Below, one piece after another: positions 27,814 through 37,400 of a DNA stretch of 62,627 nt (position 1 is the first letter of the stretch; the number at the start of each line of letters is the position of its first letter). A model generated the notes under the pieces. That model did no database searches, was not told the DNA's origin, and saw nothing but the letters and a program-made list of their open reading frames with translations. The stretch covers positions 1-62,627 of the IMG/VR virus record IMGVR_UViG_3300025115_000633. The stretch is one strand, 5' to 3'. This stretch comes from a virus (Duplodnaviria > Caudoviricetes). The position numbers were made by a program, and so were the translations under genes.

Positions 27814-30524
27814 TGGCAATAACCCTGTCTGAATATTATTTTGACTTTGTCACTCGTTTCAGAGATGAGACGAGTGGCAAAGCCATGTCCGTACTGGATA
27901 TGCTGAAGCGGGCTTTCCATAAGACGTATGATGAAATCGAAGCCAAGTCTATAAGTAAGCAGTTTCAGAAGGTGGCTGATGCGGCAGGCAAGCCTGAGAT
28001 GCTGACGGAACTGGGGAAGTTCAGCTATGCTCTTAAGAATATGGGGAAGTCCAATGCTGAAATCAGCATGATAACCGAGAACCTGCTGAAGAAAAACAAT
28101 CTGACCGAGTTCTCTACTGTTGTGGGTAAGCTTGATGCCTCTAAGGTTAAGGAGGTGGAATCGGCATTAAAAAATGTAGCCACAGCCTTAGATGTGGGCA
28201 AACTGAATGCAGACTTTGAATCTTTGAAGGTGGGGTTAAACAGCCTGGATTTGGGAACGCAAGAAACCCGATCACTTTTTAATTCGCTATATCACGTAAT
28301 GAGTGAAGGCGGCATTAATATGGAGGCATTACAATCATCTATTGATATGCTGTCTGGCGATTTATCTGCAATGAATCCAGAACAACTTAAACGCCTCAGT
28401 GTATCGGCGACACAGTCCGCTGCTTCAATAAACGAAATGGTTGGCAAATTAAAGGAGGCAAAATATGCGGCAGGCACTCCTGAATCCGCCGCAAAAATAG
28501 AAGTTGAAATTCAAAAATTATTGGGGCTTAGGGACAAAATCGGCGGGGCTGGCAAGCAGATTTCTGAATCGTTGGGGAAGGTTAATATCTTTCAAGGAAT
28601 TCTGACAGCCTCGGATCCTAAAGTTTTCTTGTCAGAGATGACCAAATTGGGGCAGAAGAGTACCCTCGCCATCAGCGGCGTGGAAAATGAGATAATGCAG
28701 AAGTTGACGGATTCGCCTGAGATGTTTGCAGGAATGGGTGAAGAGGGTCAGCGGGCTTTAGCTGCGATGATCCAAGGCTACGGGATGAAGTTCTCAGCCG
28801 AGCAAAAAGCCGTAATGGATAAGCTTATTGCCGATTTTGATAAAGGTTTGTTGACTGGCGAGGAGAAAGCAAAAGCAGAGGCTTATAAAGCAATGCAGGC
28901 AATGACTGCGGAGGGCGCTGCGGGGAAAGCTAAAGCCGCTGGAGAGTCTGCCGCACCCGCCGTGCCTGCTGGAAGATCGCCGATTGATAAGCTGGGAAGC
29001 TCCCTCAAATATTTGGGTACTACGCTTGCCCCGTTCAGGATGATAACTGAGGTTCTGGCACCTTTGGGAGATCTGATTAGATCAAGTATTATGCCAGCGT
29101 TAGTTCCTCTGTCTTTTGCCCTGATGAACATCGGGCATGATTTAATGCCTGCAGTGATAACTATAATCAGAGCATTAACTTCAGTGCTTTTATCTTTAGC
29201 TCCGGTATTAACAGTCATAGCTAAAGTTATTGCTTGGGTTGTCACGGCTCTCGACGAGTTGGGCATTCTTAAGCCACTAATAGCCACCATATTAACTATA
29301 GGTGTGGCGTTACATCTTATGTCTATAAAAACGATATTTTTGTCGCAAGCAATGATTGGGCTTAGGGCGGCACTTACACTTATTGCTCAGCACCCGGTTA
29401 TTCTTGTAATTGCTTTGTTGGTTGCAGGGCTTGTTCTTCTTCATAAATGGTGTCCAAAATTAGCTACAGGTATTGCGATAGTTGGCGTGGCTTTATGGGC
29501 TATATCCAAGCATCCAGTAATAACGGCAATCAGTTTGGTGGTTTTGGGTTTTGTTGCTTTGTATAAGGCATGTCCACCTCTTGCTATAGCGATAGCCGTG
29601 ATTGGTGCGGCGTTATGGGGCTTGGCGGCTAACCCTGTAGTAACCGCTATTGCTTTGATTGTTGTGGCTGTGGCTGGTTTGATATATGGCATCATTAAAT
29701 TGGTAGGATGGCTTAACAGGTTGGGGGTTTTCAGTGCGATATTTTCTGTCCTTTTTGCACCAATAAAAATAGTAATAGGATTAATTAAATCTGTGTGGGG
29801 ATGGTTAGGCAAAGTAACTGGGTTAGGTTCAGGGTTAAAGTTGGCTTTGGTTGCGATATTTGCTCCAGTTATAATTCCCATTATAGCTATTGTGAAAGGT
29901 GTCAAAGCGTTATGGGAGTGGTTCGGCAAATTGGGCAAGATGGGTGAAGTATTAAAAACAGCCTTCTTGATATTGCTCGGACCAATAGGGGCAATAATTG
30001 CTGGTGTACGTCTTGCAATTAAACTTGTCGGGTGGCTTTTCGGCAGGAAAAAGAAAGCAGAGGCTCCCGTTGAGAAATCCCCTAAAGCAGAGGCTCCCGT
30101 TGAGAAGTCCCCTAAAGCAGAGGCTCCCGTTGAGAAGTCCCCTAAAGCAAAAGCCTCACACGAAGCTATTCAAGAAAAACGAAGACTTGAGCTGATACAA
30201 CGGGGTGAATTGGAAAAAGAAACACCTACAACGCCGGAAACAGCCGCACCGTCAACTACCTCCTCAGCAGCACCGGCTGTGCCTCCTTCTCAGACAACCA
30301 AAGGGTTGCTATCAGGAATATTAGGTTCTGCCTTCTCTGCAACACCTTTTGGTTTAATGAAAAATATGTTGACGAAACAGACTGCCTTAGCTCAAGCTGG
30401 CCAGACCAACCAGCAGATAACGAATAAATTCTTGAAGGATGTCAGGGATACTGTGCAGGAATGGAGAGCGTCTTCTGAAGACCCGTCGATTGATCGCCTG
30501 GCTTCGTTTAATAGGAGGGCATAG
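27813..30524 (+). CDS. tape measure protein
   Basis: 903 aa helical Ala/Gly/Leu-rich protein with hydrophobic periodic region; canonical position. Confidence 0.85.
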   Translation: MAITLSEYYFDFVTRFRDETSGKAMSVLDMLKRAFHKTYDEIEAKSISKQFQKVADAAGKPEMLTELGKFSYALKNMGKSNAEISMITENLLKKNNLTEFSTVVGKLDASKVKEVESALKNVATALDVGKLNADFESLKVGLNSLDLGTQETRSLFNSLYHVMSEGGINMEALQSSIDMLSGDLSAMNPEQLKRLSVSATQSAASINEMVGKLKEAKYAAGTPESAAKIEVEIQKLLGLRDKIGGAGKQISESLGKVNIFQGILTASDPKVFLSEMTKLGQKSTLAISGVENEIMQKLTDSPEMFAGMGEEGQRALAAMIQGYGMKFSAEQKAVMDKLIADFDKGLLTGEEKAKAEAYKAMQAMTAEGAAGKAKAAGESAAPAVPAGRSPIDKLGSSLKYLGTTLAPFRMITEVLAPLGDLIRSSIMPALVPLSFALMNIGHDLMPAVITIIRALTSVLLSLAPVLTVIAKVIAWVVTALDELGILKPLIATILTIGVALHLMSIKTIFLSQAMIGLRAALTLIAQHPVILVIALLVAGLVLLHKWCPKLATGIAIVGVALWAISKHPVITAISLVVLGFVALYKACPPLAIAIAVIGAALWGLAANPVVTAIALIVVAVAGLIYGIIKLVGWLNRLGVFSAIFSVLFAPIKIVIGLIKSVWGWLGKVTGLGSGLKLALVAIFAPVIIPIIAIVKGVKALWEWFGKLGKMGEVLKTAFLILLGPIGAIIAGVRLAIKLVGWLFGRKKKAEAPVEKSPKAEAPVEKSPKAEAPVEKSPKAKASHEAIQEKRRLELIQRGELEKETPTTPETAAPSTTSSAAPAVPPSQTTKGLLSGILGSAFSATPFGLMKNMLTKQTALAQAGQTNQQITNKFLKDVRDTVQEWRASSEDPSIDRLASFNRRA
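30054..30149 (+). repeat. 30-bp tandem repeat x3.2 (KAEAPVEKSP) in tape-measure gene
   Basis: aaagcagaggctcccgttgagaa(a/g)tcccct three times, one mismatch. Confidence 0.95.
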
Positions 30525-30526
30525 AA

Positions 30527-31099
30527 ATGCAGTGGAATGCCCCGTTAGTGACCCTCACCAACCGAGGGAATAAATTTCAAATGCTGATGGGCGAGAGTGT
30601 AAAAATCTCGTACGACAATGGCATTAGCCAGGCTTCGTCAACTAGGGGAATGTCGCACCCTCCATATATTCAGTGGAAAGAAGCTGGCGAAATGCAACCA
30701 ATAGATATATCTGTATATCTCGCAGCTGGGGGTAGTGAACGTGCGTCTTTTACTCAACCATCATGTGAAACGGCAGATGAGTTGCTTGCTTTAATAGAGA
30801 AAATTCACGATCTTGCAATGCCAGATGTTAAAAATGATATGGCGACTTTGACGACATCAAAACTTGAAATCGGTAGCGCAAGCGGGACTTCCTGGCTGGT
30901 CAGGAATGTGGTGCTTAAAACCATAAGCGTGGAATTGGAGGGTCCTTGGGAAATTAACACCGGTAAACCTTTGGTGGCAAAGCTTTCAATGACTTTTCTT
31001 CAGACATGCACCGGCGTGTTAGGGGATGCTAATGCGGGCAAAATTGATATCAAGAAACTACCGAGAAAAAATTGGTCTTTCTCAAATCCTTGGGGTTAG
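30527..31099 (+). CDS. tail tube initiator / baseplate protein (gp48/gp54-like)
   Basis: Position after tape measure; tube-like pattern ending ISVELEGPW...PLVAKLSMTF. Confidence 0.55.
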   Translation: MQWNAPLVTLTNRGNKFQMLMGESVKISYDNGISQASSTRGMSHPPYIQWKEAGEMQPIDISVYLAAGGSERASFTQPSCETADELLALIEKIHDLAMPDVKNDMATLTTSKLEIGSASGTSWLVRNVVLKTISVELEGPWEINTGKPLVAKLSMTFLQTCTGVLGDANAGKIDIKKLPRKNWSFSNPWG

Positions 31100-31109
31100 G
31101 AGTTAGTAG

Positions 31110-31493
31110 ATGAGTGATACAGGAGAATATGGTAGTCCTGCGGGAAATGACAAAAGACCTGACCCGAATGACAGGTTTGCCCTTACCCGTATTTATGTCG
31201 ATGACAGTGTGTCTCCTGGCACAAGGAGATTCGGCAGATGGGTCGAGCCAGCTATTGATATGACGGACTACGATCAGTATATTGTAACTGAGGTTGACAT
31301 AATGCGTCCAGACCTTATCGCATATAAAACTCTTGGGGATGAGAGATTGTGGTGGGCGATAATGCTTGTAAACAGCATCCGTGCACCTCTGCGTATAGTG
31401 GCTGTCGGGTCAGAGACTGTACTCACGCCTGGTTTGATTTTGAAAATCCCCAAGCTCCATAATATCGTGGCTGCGATTAAGGGGACGGCGTAA
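31110..31493 (+). CDS. baseplate wedge protein gp53-like (LysM-like)
   Basis: RPDLIAYKTLGDERLWWAIMLVN...LKIP. Confidence 0.85.
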   Translation: MSDTGEYGSPAGNDKRPDPNDRFALTRIYVDDSVSPGTRRFGRWVEPAIDMTDYDQYIVTEVDIMRPDLIAYKTLGDERLWWAIMLVNSIRAPLRIVAVGSETVLTPGLILKIPKLHNIVAAIKGTA

Positions 31494-32590
31494 TGTTTAT
31501 AGTCCCAATGGTGGAATTCAGATGGAAGGGTAAGGTTCTAACCAAAGAATCCTCTTTAATGTCTTTGACCTACACTGAAGGGGTGACGGGCAGCGCTACG
31601 TATTCGTTAAAAGTTCAATCTCATTGGGCTTTGTGGAATAATTTGATAAGGGATAAGGGTAAGACTCCCGGAGATTTGCGATGGGGGCAAATGATAGATG
31701 GCGTACCTTTTTGGAGTGTTTGGCACTCGGTGGTAGCCAACTCTCCGGATTTTGAATATTGGCCGACTTTGGTGTATGCAAATATTTCAGGCACATGCGC
31801 TGGCATCACCCTTAACGAACAGTGCTCTGAAAAAGCTTACAGTAAGATGACGATTTCTGATATCGTTTCAGAGATAGCACAACGGCATAAACTTGAACCC
31901 GACGTAACCCCCACCAAAGGAAAATATTCTTTTTATCAAGGGGCTTTTTCTGATACAGACTTCATATCTAATACTCTGATGAAATACGCTGTGTCTCAAG
32001 ACGGGCGTACCGATTTTCAATTCTACGTGAAAGATGGCAAAAAGTTGGTGTTCAAAGTACCAAGCTTGAAAGTAGAAAAGAAGATTGTGTTTATGACGCC
32101 TGATAGTGATGCCATAACTGCAACAGGGGTTAAGCTTTTTAGTAAGCGGATAAATGTCCCGTCGATGAGGAGCTGGTATACCAAATTACGATGTATCGAC
32201 TTGTGGGAAAAAGAGGTCATAAAATCGGAAGCTAAAGACGGGAAAAATAAAATACCTAAACTTGGCAAAACACCGCCTGAACCCCCGGCTAACCCTTCAG
32301 ATATCTATATTGTTACATCGCCACCCACAGAAATGTTCAGAAGATCAGATATAGATAATGCGGCAGAATCTTTGTGGGGAAGAAATTGTCGTTCTTTTTT
32401 TGTTGTCAAAGTGGAGACACTTTTTATCCCCAATATCGAACCTGGCGTGGTGGCGCATTTGAAAATGGCTGCCGTGAATGGTGTGGAACACCCGTTGACC
32501 GGCAAATACCTTATAACACAAGTCACCCACAAAATTAGGACGGAGAGGTTTTATTCGGTTCTGTGGCTTGAGAGGAGGGAGACGAATTGA
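31493..32590 (+). CDS. baseplate hub protein (gp27/GpD-like)
   Basis: ISDIVSEIA...YQ...SDTDFI...GKYLITQVTHKI; position before spike. Confidence 0.8.
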   Translation: MFIVPMVEFRWKGKVLTKESSLMSLTYTEGVTGSATYSLKVQSHWALWNNLIRDKGKTPGDLRWGQMIDGVPFWSVWHSVVANSPDFEYWPTLVYANISGTCAGITLNEQCSEKAYSKMTISDIVSEIAQRHKLEPDVTPTKGKYSFYQGAFSDTDFISNTLMKYAVSQDGRTDFQFYVKDGKKLVFKVPSLKVEKKIVFMTPDSDAITATGVKLFSKRINVPSMRSWYTKLRCIDLWEKEVIKSEAKDGKNKIPKLGKTPPEPPANPSDIYIVTSPPTEMFRRSDIDNAAESLWGRNCRSFFVVKVETLFIPNIEPGVVAHLKMAAVNGVEHPLTGKYLITQVTHKIRTERFYSVLWLERRETN

Positions 32591-33333
32591 ACCTGGGCGG
32601 AATATATAGGGCTACAGTGGTAGACAATGACGACACTCATTATAACGATGACCGTAACGTTGGGAGGATCAAGATTAAAGCTCCCCAGATTTATGGTGAT
32701 TTGAATGAGGATGAAATGCCTTGGGCTTGGCCGTGTTTCCTTCTTGCCGGCATCGAGAAGGTCGGAGAGATACGTTTGCCGAGAAAAGAATCACAGGTGT
32801 GGATAATGTTTGATTCCTGCGACATCCATCATCCTGTATGGATAGGTGGTTGTCACGGAAAAGAAGAGGTTCCGGATGAAGCTAAAGAGGATGATAATGA
32901 CCATAAGTACCCAGACATATTTCTGGTTAAGCCGTTTGCTGGGGATTCGTATATTCGCATATCCACATCTGAATCTGAAGAAGATAGTAGGATAGAAATA
33001 AAATGTGGGGATTCCCTGTTGTATATGGATACGATAAATAAAGAAATCGGGATAACCACAACCGATTGGAACGTGAAAATCGTCAGCGACTCAGGTAATC
33101 TGACATTGACCGGCAATGATGTTAAGCTGTCAGGTTCGACTTTGAATATGGAGTTTACGGGCGATAGTTCAATCACTTGTGGTCAGGAAACGGAAGTCAC
33201 TGACGAGAACGGAATTGTTAATTCTGAATGGTCTGGAACATTTACACTTACCGGGCAAGGTGAGATGAAATTGATTTCAGAGGGCGCTGTTCAATGCTCA
33301 GCCCCGTCCACCAGCGGGTTTGAGAAACATTGA
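32587..33333 (+). CDS. baseplate spike, gp5/GpV N-terminal OB-fold
   Basis: GIYRATVVDNDD...GRIKIKAP...WAWP...VWIMF...PVWIG followed by beta-strand repeats. Confidence 0.88.
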   Translation: MNLGGIYRATVVDNDDTHYNDDRNVGRIKIKAPQIYGDLNEDEMPWAWPCFLLAGIEKVGEIRLPRKESQVWIMFDSCDIHHPVWIGGCHGKEEVPDEAKEDDNDHKYPDIFLVKPFAGDSYIRISTSESEEDSRIEIKCGDSLLYMDTINKEIGITTTDWNVKIVSDSGNLTLTGNDVKLSGSTLNMEFTGDSSITCGQETEVTDENGIVNSEWSGTFTLTGQGEMKLISEGAVQCSAPSTSGFEKH

Positions 33334-33360
33334 GTGTTGTCCTCTAGGAGGAATTGATTA

Positions 33361-33756
33361 ATGACAACCAGATGGAAAACCCCGTCCCTTCCATGGGCGG
33401 GTACACTGGACGACTTTTTCAGCGTTAAGGATGACATTGAGGTTTTGAGAACCAGCATCACATTTATTTTGCTTACCAGCTATGGCGAGAGGGTGATGCT
33501 TCCGACTTTTGGCTCCACTTTGTCGAGAGTGTTATTTGAGCCAAACAATACCTATACGGTGGACAGCTTAAAAGCATCTATTGTTGAGGCTATCAGAGCG
33601 TGGGACGATCGTATAGAAGTGATTGAAGTTAGTGCGACGAGCTTTAATGAGCAGTTGGACGTAGCTGTAACTTTCCGTAGCACGAAAGACCCGACGGCAA
33701 CAACTCAGACGGTAATGTTGCCGGTTAAACTTTCGTCGATTACCCATAACGATTAA
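33361..33756 (+). CDS. baseplate wedge gp25/GpW-like
   Basis: ILLTSYGERVMLPTFGS...LFEP...WDDRI. Confidence 0.92.
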   Translation: MTTRWKTPSLPWAGTLDDFFSVKDDIEVLRTSITFILLTSYGERVMLPTFGSTLSRVLFEPNNTYTVDSLKASIVEAIRAWDDRIEVIEVSATSFNEQLDVAVTFRSTKDPTATTQTVMLPVKLSSITHND

Positions 33757-33767
33757 GGAGTGTTCTG

Positions 33768-35762
33768 ATGGTTCAGAAGCCGGCAATTAATTACACGAAT
33801 GTGACTTATGAATCTATTCAAGCCGCAATAAAAGCTTGGATACAGGCTAAGTTTCCTGATACATGGTCGGATATGTACGAGAGTTCGATGGGCCAGGTTT
33901 GGGTTGAGGCAGTGGCTTATGCTTTTGACCAGTTGAACTTTGGGCTTAATTATGCGGCTAACGAGGTGTATCTTCCTTCGGCACGTGACCGCCAAAGCGT
34001 TATGGATATCGGGAAAGCTGTGGGTTATCAGATGCGGACAGCCACCGCCGCTTCTGTTAAATGCGCGGTATCTATAGCTTCGGTTCAGGCCAAGGATGTT
34101 GTTATTCCTCCTGGCGTTACGTTGACCGCAACATCTGGTGTCACTTTCAGGACGCTTGAACAGTGGTATATTCCAGCAGGCTCCCTCTCTGCCGAGATTT
34201 ACATGTCGGAAGGTGTTGCCCATTCAGACAGCTTTACTTCTGATGGTTCGTCCTTCCAGAAATTCAAATTGACCACCAACGAGGTTGTTCACGGCTCGAT
34301 AACCGCAAGCGTATCTGGTACGGAGTGGACGAAGGTTGATGGTTTGATAATGGCTGATTCCGCTACTCAGGCATATGAAATCGAGTATGACGTTGACGAT
34401 TATGGGTACGTCAAGTTCGGTGACGGAACAAACGGCATCGTGCCAGCTATGGGTGAACCTATAACTGTAAATTACAGAGTTGGCGGCGGGCTGGCAGGCA
34501 ATGTGGCGGTAGGAGAGATTAACCAGGTCGACAATAATAACTGTTATTTACGTGATATTCTACCTACAACGTATGTGGCGGTTACGTTTTATAATTCCGA
34601 AAGAGGTACAGGTGGTCTTGAGGCCGAGACGGTAGAACATGCGAAGATGGGAATACCTCACTGGACAAAGGCTGCTGGCAGGGCGGTGACGATTAATGAC
34701 TTCAACATTCTGGCAGTTCAGTTCAATGACCCTACGTATGGCAGCCCGGCGTTCGCCAGTGCAAAACTCAAATACATCATCCCTGAGTATAACATCGTTC
34801 AGATGTTTTTGTGGGCAAGAGATAACGGAGGGAACATTGTTGTTCCCAGCTCCGGTCTCAAAGATGCCATATTTGCGTATTTTATGAACGATGGAACAAA
34901 TTCAGTAAGGGTTGCGTGTACGGAGATGGAGGTGGAGGACGGTGGCATATTGAAAATCGACGTTAATGCCGAACTGACTGTCGATAGTGATTACTCCATA
35001 GCCACCGTCGAGGGCGACGTATCGACGGCCTTGAACAGCTTTTTCGACAGTACCGACGTTATACCTGGCTATGATATACGCCTCAGCCACGTCTACAGAA
35101 TCATTCAGGATGTATCGGGAGTTCTGCATACTCTCATCGTCAACGTTACGGCACACAGGGAGACCTCTGAGGTGCTGGCTGGAACATCGGGCACATTCGA
35201 CCTGCCGCCAGGACAACCCATAGCCCCCGGCTCTGTTGTGATTGCCGACGATTCAAACACTCTGACGGACGATAAAGATGGAAACCTGGTTGGTGATGGC
35301 TCTGGCACTATTGACTATGATACAGGAGCATACAGCTTTACTCTCACAGCTCCATCTGGAGACATCGTTGCTACGTATGGCATTATTGAAATGTACCAGA
35401 GAGGGAAGGCTGAACAGACGCTGGACGGGACAACCGAAACCATAAAAGGCGTTCTTCAGTATCCGCCGGTCATCCCGATAGACCCAGTATCTGGGGCTAA
35501 TGGTATAGCTTTTGCTGTTGCTGACCGTGTTGTGGTAGATGATGGCAATGGCAATCTGGTCGGCGACGTTAATCCGTTGGGTGTGAACCGCATAGATTAC
35601 GATACAGGGGCGTATGAGTTCACCCTGTCCACATTGCCGGCCAACGGTTCTATTTTGTACTCGACGTATAAACAGCTTCTCAGGGTAAATGCCGAAGATA
35701 TTCCCATTGATGCCTCCGATATGCCGGTAAAGGGTACGTGGACGTTCTCCTCTTCTAGCTGA
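33768..35762 (+). CDS. baseplate wedge gp6/GpJ-like
   Basis: INYTNVTYESI...ANEVYLPSARDR, FGDGTNGIVP, RAVTINDF. Confidence 0.9.
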   Translation: MVQKPAINYTNVTYESIQAAIKAWIQAKFPDTWSDMYESSMGQVWVEAVAYAFDQLNFGLNYAANEVYLPSARDRQSVMDIGKAVGYQMRTATAASVKCAVSIASVQAKDVVIPPGVTLTATSGVTFRTLEQWYIPAGSLSAEIYMSEGVAHSDSFTSDGSSFQKFKLTTNEVVHGSITASVSGTEWTKVDGLIMADSATQAYEIEYDVDDYGYVKFGDGTNGIVPAMGEPITVNYRVGGGLAGNVAVGEINQVDNNNCYLRDILPTTYVAVTFYNSERGTGGLEAETVEHAKMGIPHWTKAAGRAVTINDFNILAVQFNDPTYGSPAFASAKLKYIIPEYNIVQMFLWARDNGGNIVVPSSGLKDAIFAYFMNDGTNSVRVACTEMEVEDGGILKIDVNAELTVDSDYSIATVEGDVSTALNSFFDSTDVIPGYDIRLSHVYRIIQDVSGVLHTLIVNVTAHRETSEVLAGTSGTFDLPPGQPIAPGSVVIADDSNTLTDDKDGNLVGDGSGTIDYDTGAYSFTLTAPSGDIVATYGIIEMYQRGKAEQTLDGTTETIKGVLQYPPVIPIDPVSGANGIAFAVADRVVVDDGNGNLVGDVNPLGVNRIDYDTGAYEFTLSTLPANGSILYSTYKQLLRVNAEDIPIDASDMPVKGTWTFSSSS

Positions 35763-35769
35763 GATCGTT

Positions 35770-36705
35770 ATGAGCTATTCGTTCTACGAATTGCTGCCTG
35801 CAATAATTAAGCTCAGAGACGCTATATCCTCTGGGCAGGAAAGTGACACCCTGCTCCAGAAGATTTTTTACATGCTTGACCAGGAGGCTGATTGGGCTGA
35901 CGGCAAGATCAACACCATCTATGACCTTATTGACCCCAACGACTGTCCGGAAGAGTATCTTCCTATGCTTGCCACGTTGGTCGATTTCCCTTTGCAGGGC
36001 GGTTGGACTGAAGATAAGAAGCGGATGGCAATACTGGGTGCGGTCAAGCTTTATTGCAGAAAGGGTGTTGTTGCGAGTTGGCGGGCTGTCCTCGCTATGT
36101 TCGGGCACCCCGAGATGGATATTCAGGAACTTTATAAAAATGAAATCCATCCCGTCGACGGCTACTCGACCGAGAAAGACTATTTCGATTTCCCTGCCGC
36201 CAGAATTGATTTGACGGAATACGGCTCTACGATACTGCCGCCGGATACCGATCCCGTTTGGCAGGGTATTGAATTAATGCGCCCGATACATGTTCTTGTC
36301 CGTAGAGATTTGGTTAAAGATGAAACCCAAGATGCCATATCCGCTTCGGACTCCACCGAGGCTGGCTCTTTCTCCAAAATAACAGATTGTGCCGGCATGT
36401 TATCCGATGGGGATGTCACCCTTCCTGGCGAAGAGTGTCAGGTGGGCTTGCAGATTTCCTCATACGCCTGCACTAACTTCTCTTGTGAAGCTACCAGTTG
36501 TGAAACCTTTTGTGAAGGGTCGTGTGAGAGCATTTGCGAAACTGAATGCGAAACCTCATGCCAGATCGGTTGCGAGAACGTGTGCCAGACGTTTTGTGAA
36601 GGAGAATGTGAAAGTTTTTGTGAGGGTACATGTACGGTTTCATGCCAGGTGTGGTGCCAGCTATATTGCCAACAAAATTGTCAATATAAGGTGCAGTCTA
36701 CATGA
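35770..36705 (+). CDS. baseplate wedge protein (P2 gpI/gp7-like) with C-terminal Cys-X-X-X repeat tail
   Basis: FYELLPAI...DPNDCPEEYLPMLA...YCRKG...MRPIH gpI-like domain; CXXX tract at C-terminus. Confidence 0.85.
   Translation: MSYSFYELLPAIIKLRDAISSGQESDTLLQKIFYMLDQEADWADGKINTIYDLIDPNDCPEEYLPMLATLVDFPLQGGWTEDKKRMAILGAVKLYCRKGVVASWRAVLAMFGHPEMDIQELYKNEIHPVDGYSTEKDYFDFPAARIDLTEYGSTILPPDTDPVWQGIELMRPIHVLVRRDLVKDETQDAISASDSTEAGSFSKITDCAGMLSDGDVTLPGEECQVGLQISSYACTNFSCEATSCETFCEGSCESICETECETSCQIGCENVCQTFCEGECESFCEGTCTVSCQVWCQLYCQQNCQYKVQST
36499..36690 (+). repeat. 16 consecutive CXXX peptide units (C-[E/Q]-x-x in 15 of 16)
   Basis: CETF CEGS CESI CETE CETS CQIG CENV CQTF CEGE CESF CEGT CTVS CQVW CQLY CQQN CQYK. 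Confidence 0.95.
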
Positions 36706-37400
36706 GCAAGGTTTTAGGTTTCTTTGATGTAGCGTATGTGATTAATCTCGATCACCGACCAGACAGAATGGAAAATGTGACTAGAGAGATGCAGAAAGTG
36801 GGCATAGATTTTGTGAGGGTGCCGGGTGTGGAATATGTCGGCGACGGCAAAGATTTGCCTGATGCCCCCGGCTATGAAACGCCGGACAAGAAATGCAGGG
36901 CTTTGGGTTGCAGTCTTGGGCACAGGCGGGCGGTGCAGATGGCTAAGGCTTCAGGAGCATCAAACTGCCTGATTTTTGAGGATGATGTAACTTTCATCCA
37001 GGGATTTGCGAAAGAGGCTTCTGCCGCCTTGAGGGAGTTAAGATGGGTGGATTGGGAATTGTTCTATTTTTACAGCGACCCTCACCTTGTCCCTCCATTA
37101 TCTGTCGGGATAACTGAACATTTGCGGATTCTTCCTGGAACTTGTTGCTGCCATGCGTATGCACTTAACAAGAGGGCGATTGATTATTTTTTGGGGGAGT
37201 TCAATCCTCCTTATAATGGGATGATTGTCGATTATTTCACCAAGAGTGCTCCACTTGTTAAAGTGGCCACGAAAGTAAATCTTGCTTTTCAGGCGAGTGG
37301 ATTCTCTGATATCAAACATGAGTATGTGGTCAATAGTCCTGGCAAACCTCATGTGTGCGTTAAAACGAAAGAAGAATACGAGGCGTTGATTAAAGCATGA
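36702..37400 (+). CDS. glycosyltransferase family 25
   Basis: YVINLDHRPDR, LGCSLGH, LIFEDD, HAY. Confidence 0.9.
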   Translation: MSKVLGFFDVAYVINLDHRPDRMENVTREMQKVGIDFVRVPGVEYVGDGKDLPDAPGYETPDKKCRALGCSLGHRRAVQMAKASGASNCLIFEDDVTFIQGFAKEASAALRELRWVDWELFYFYSDPHLVPPLSVGITEHLRILPGTCCCHAYALNKRAIDYFLGEFNPPYNGMIVDYFTKSAPLVKVATKVNLAFQASGFSDIKHEYVVNSPGKPHVCVKTKEEYEALIKA

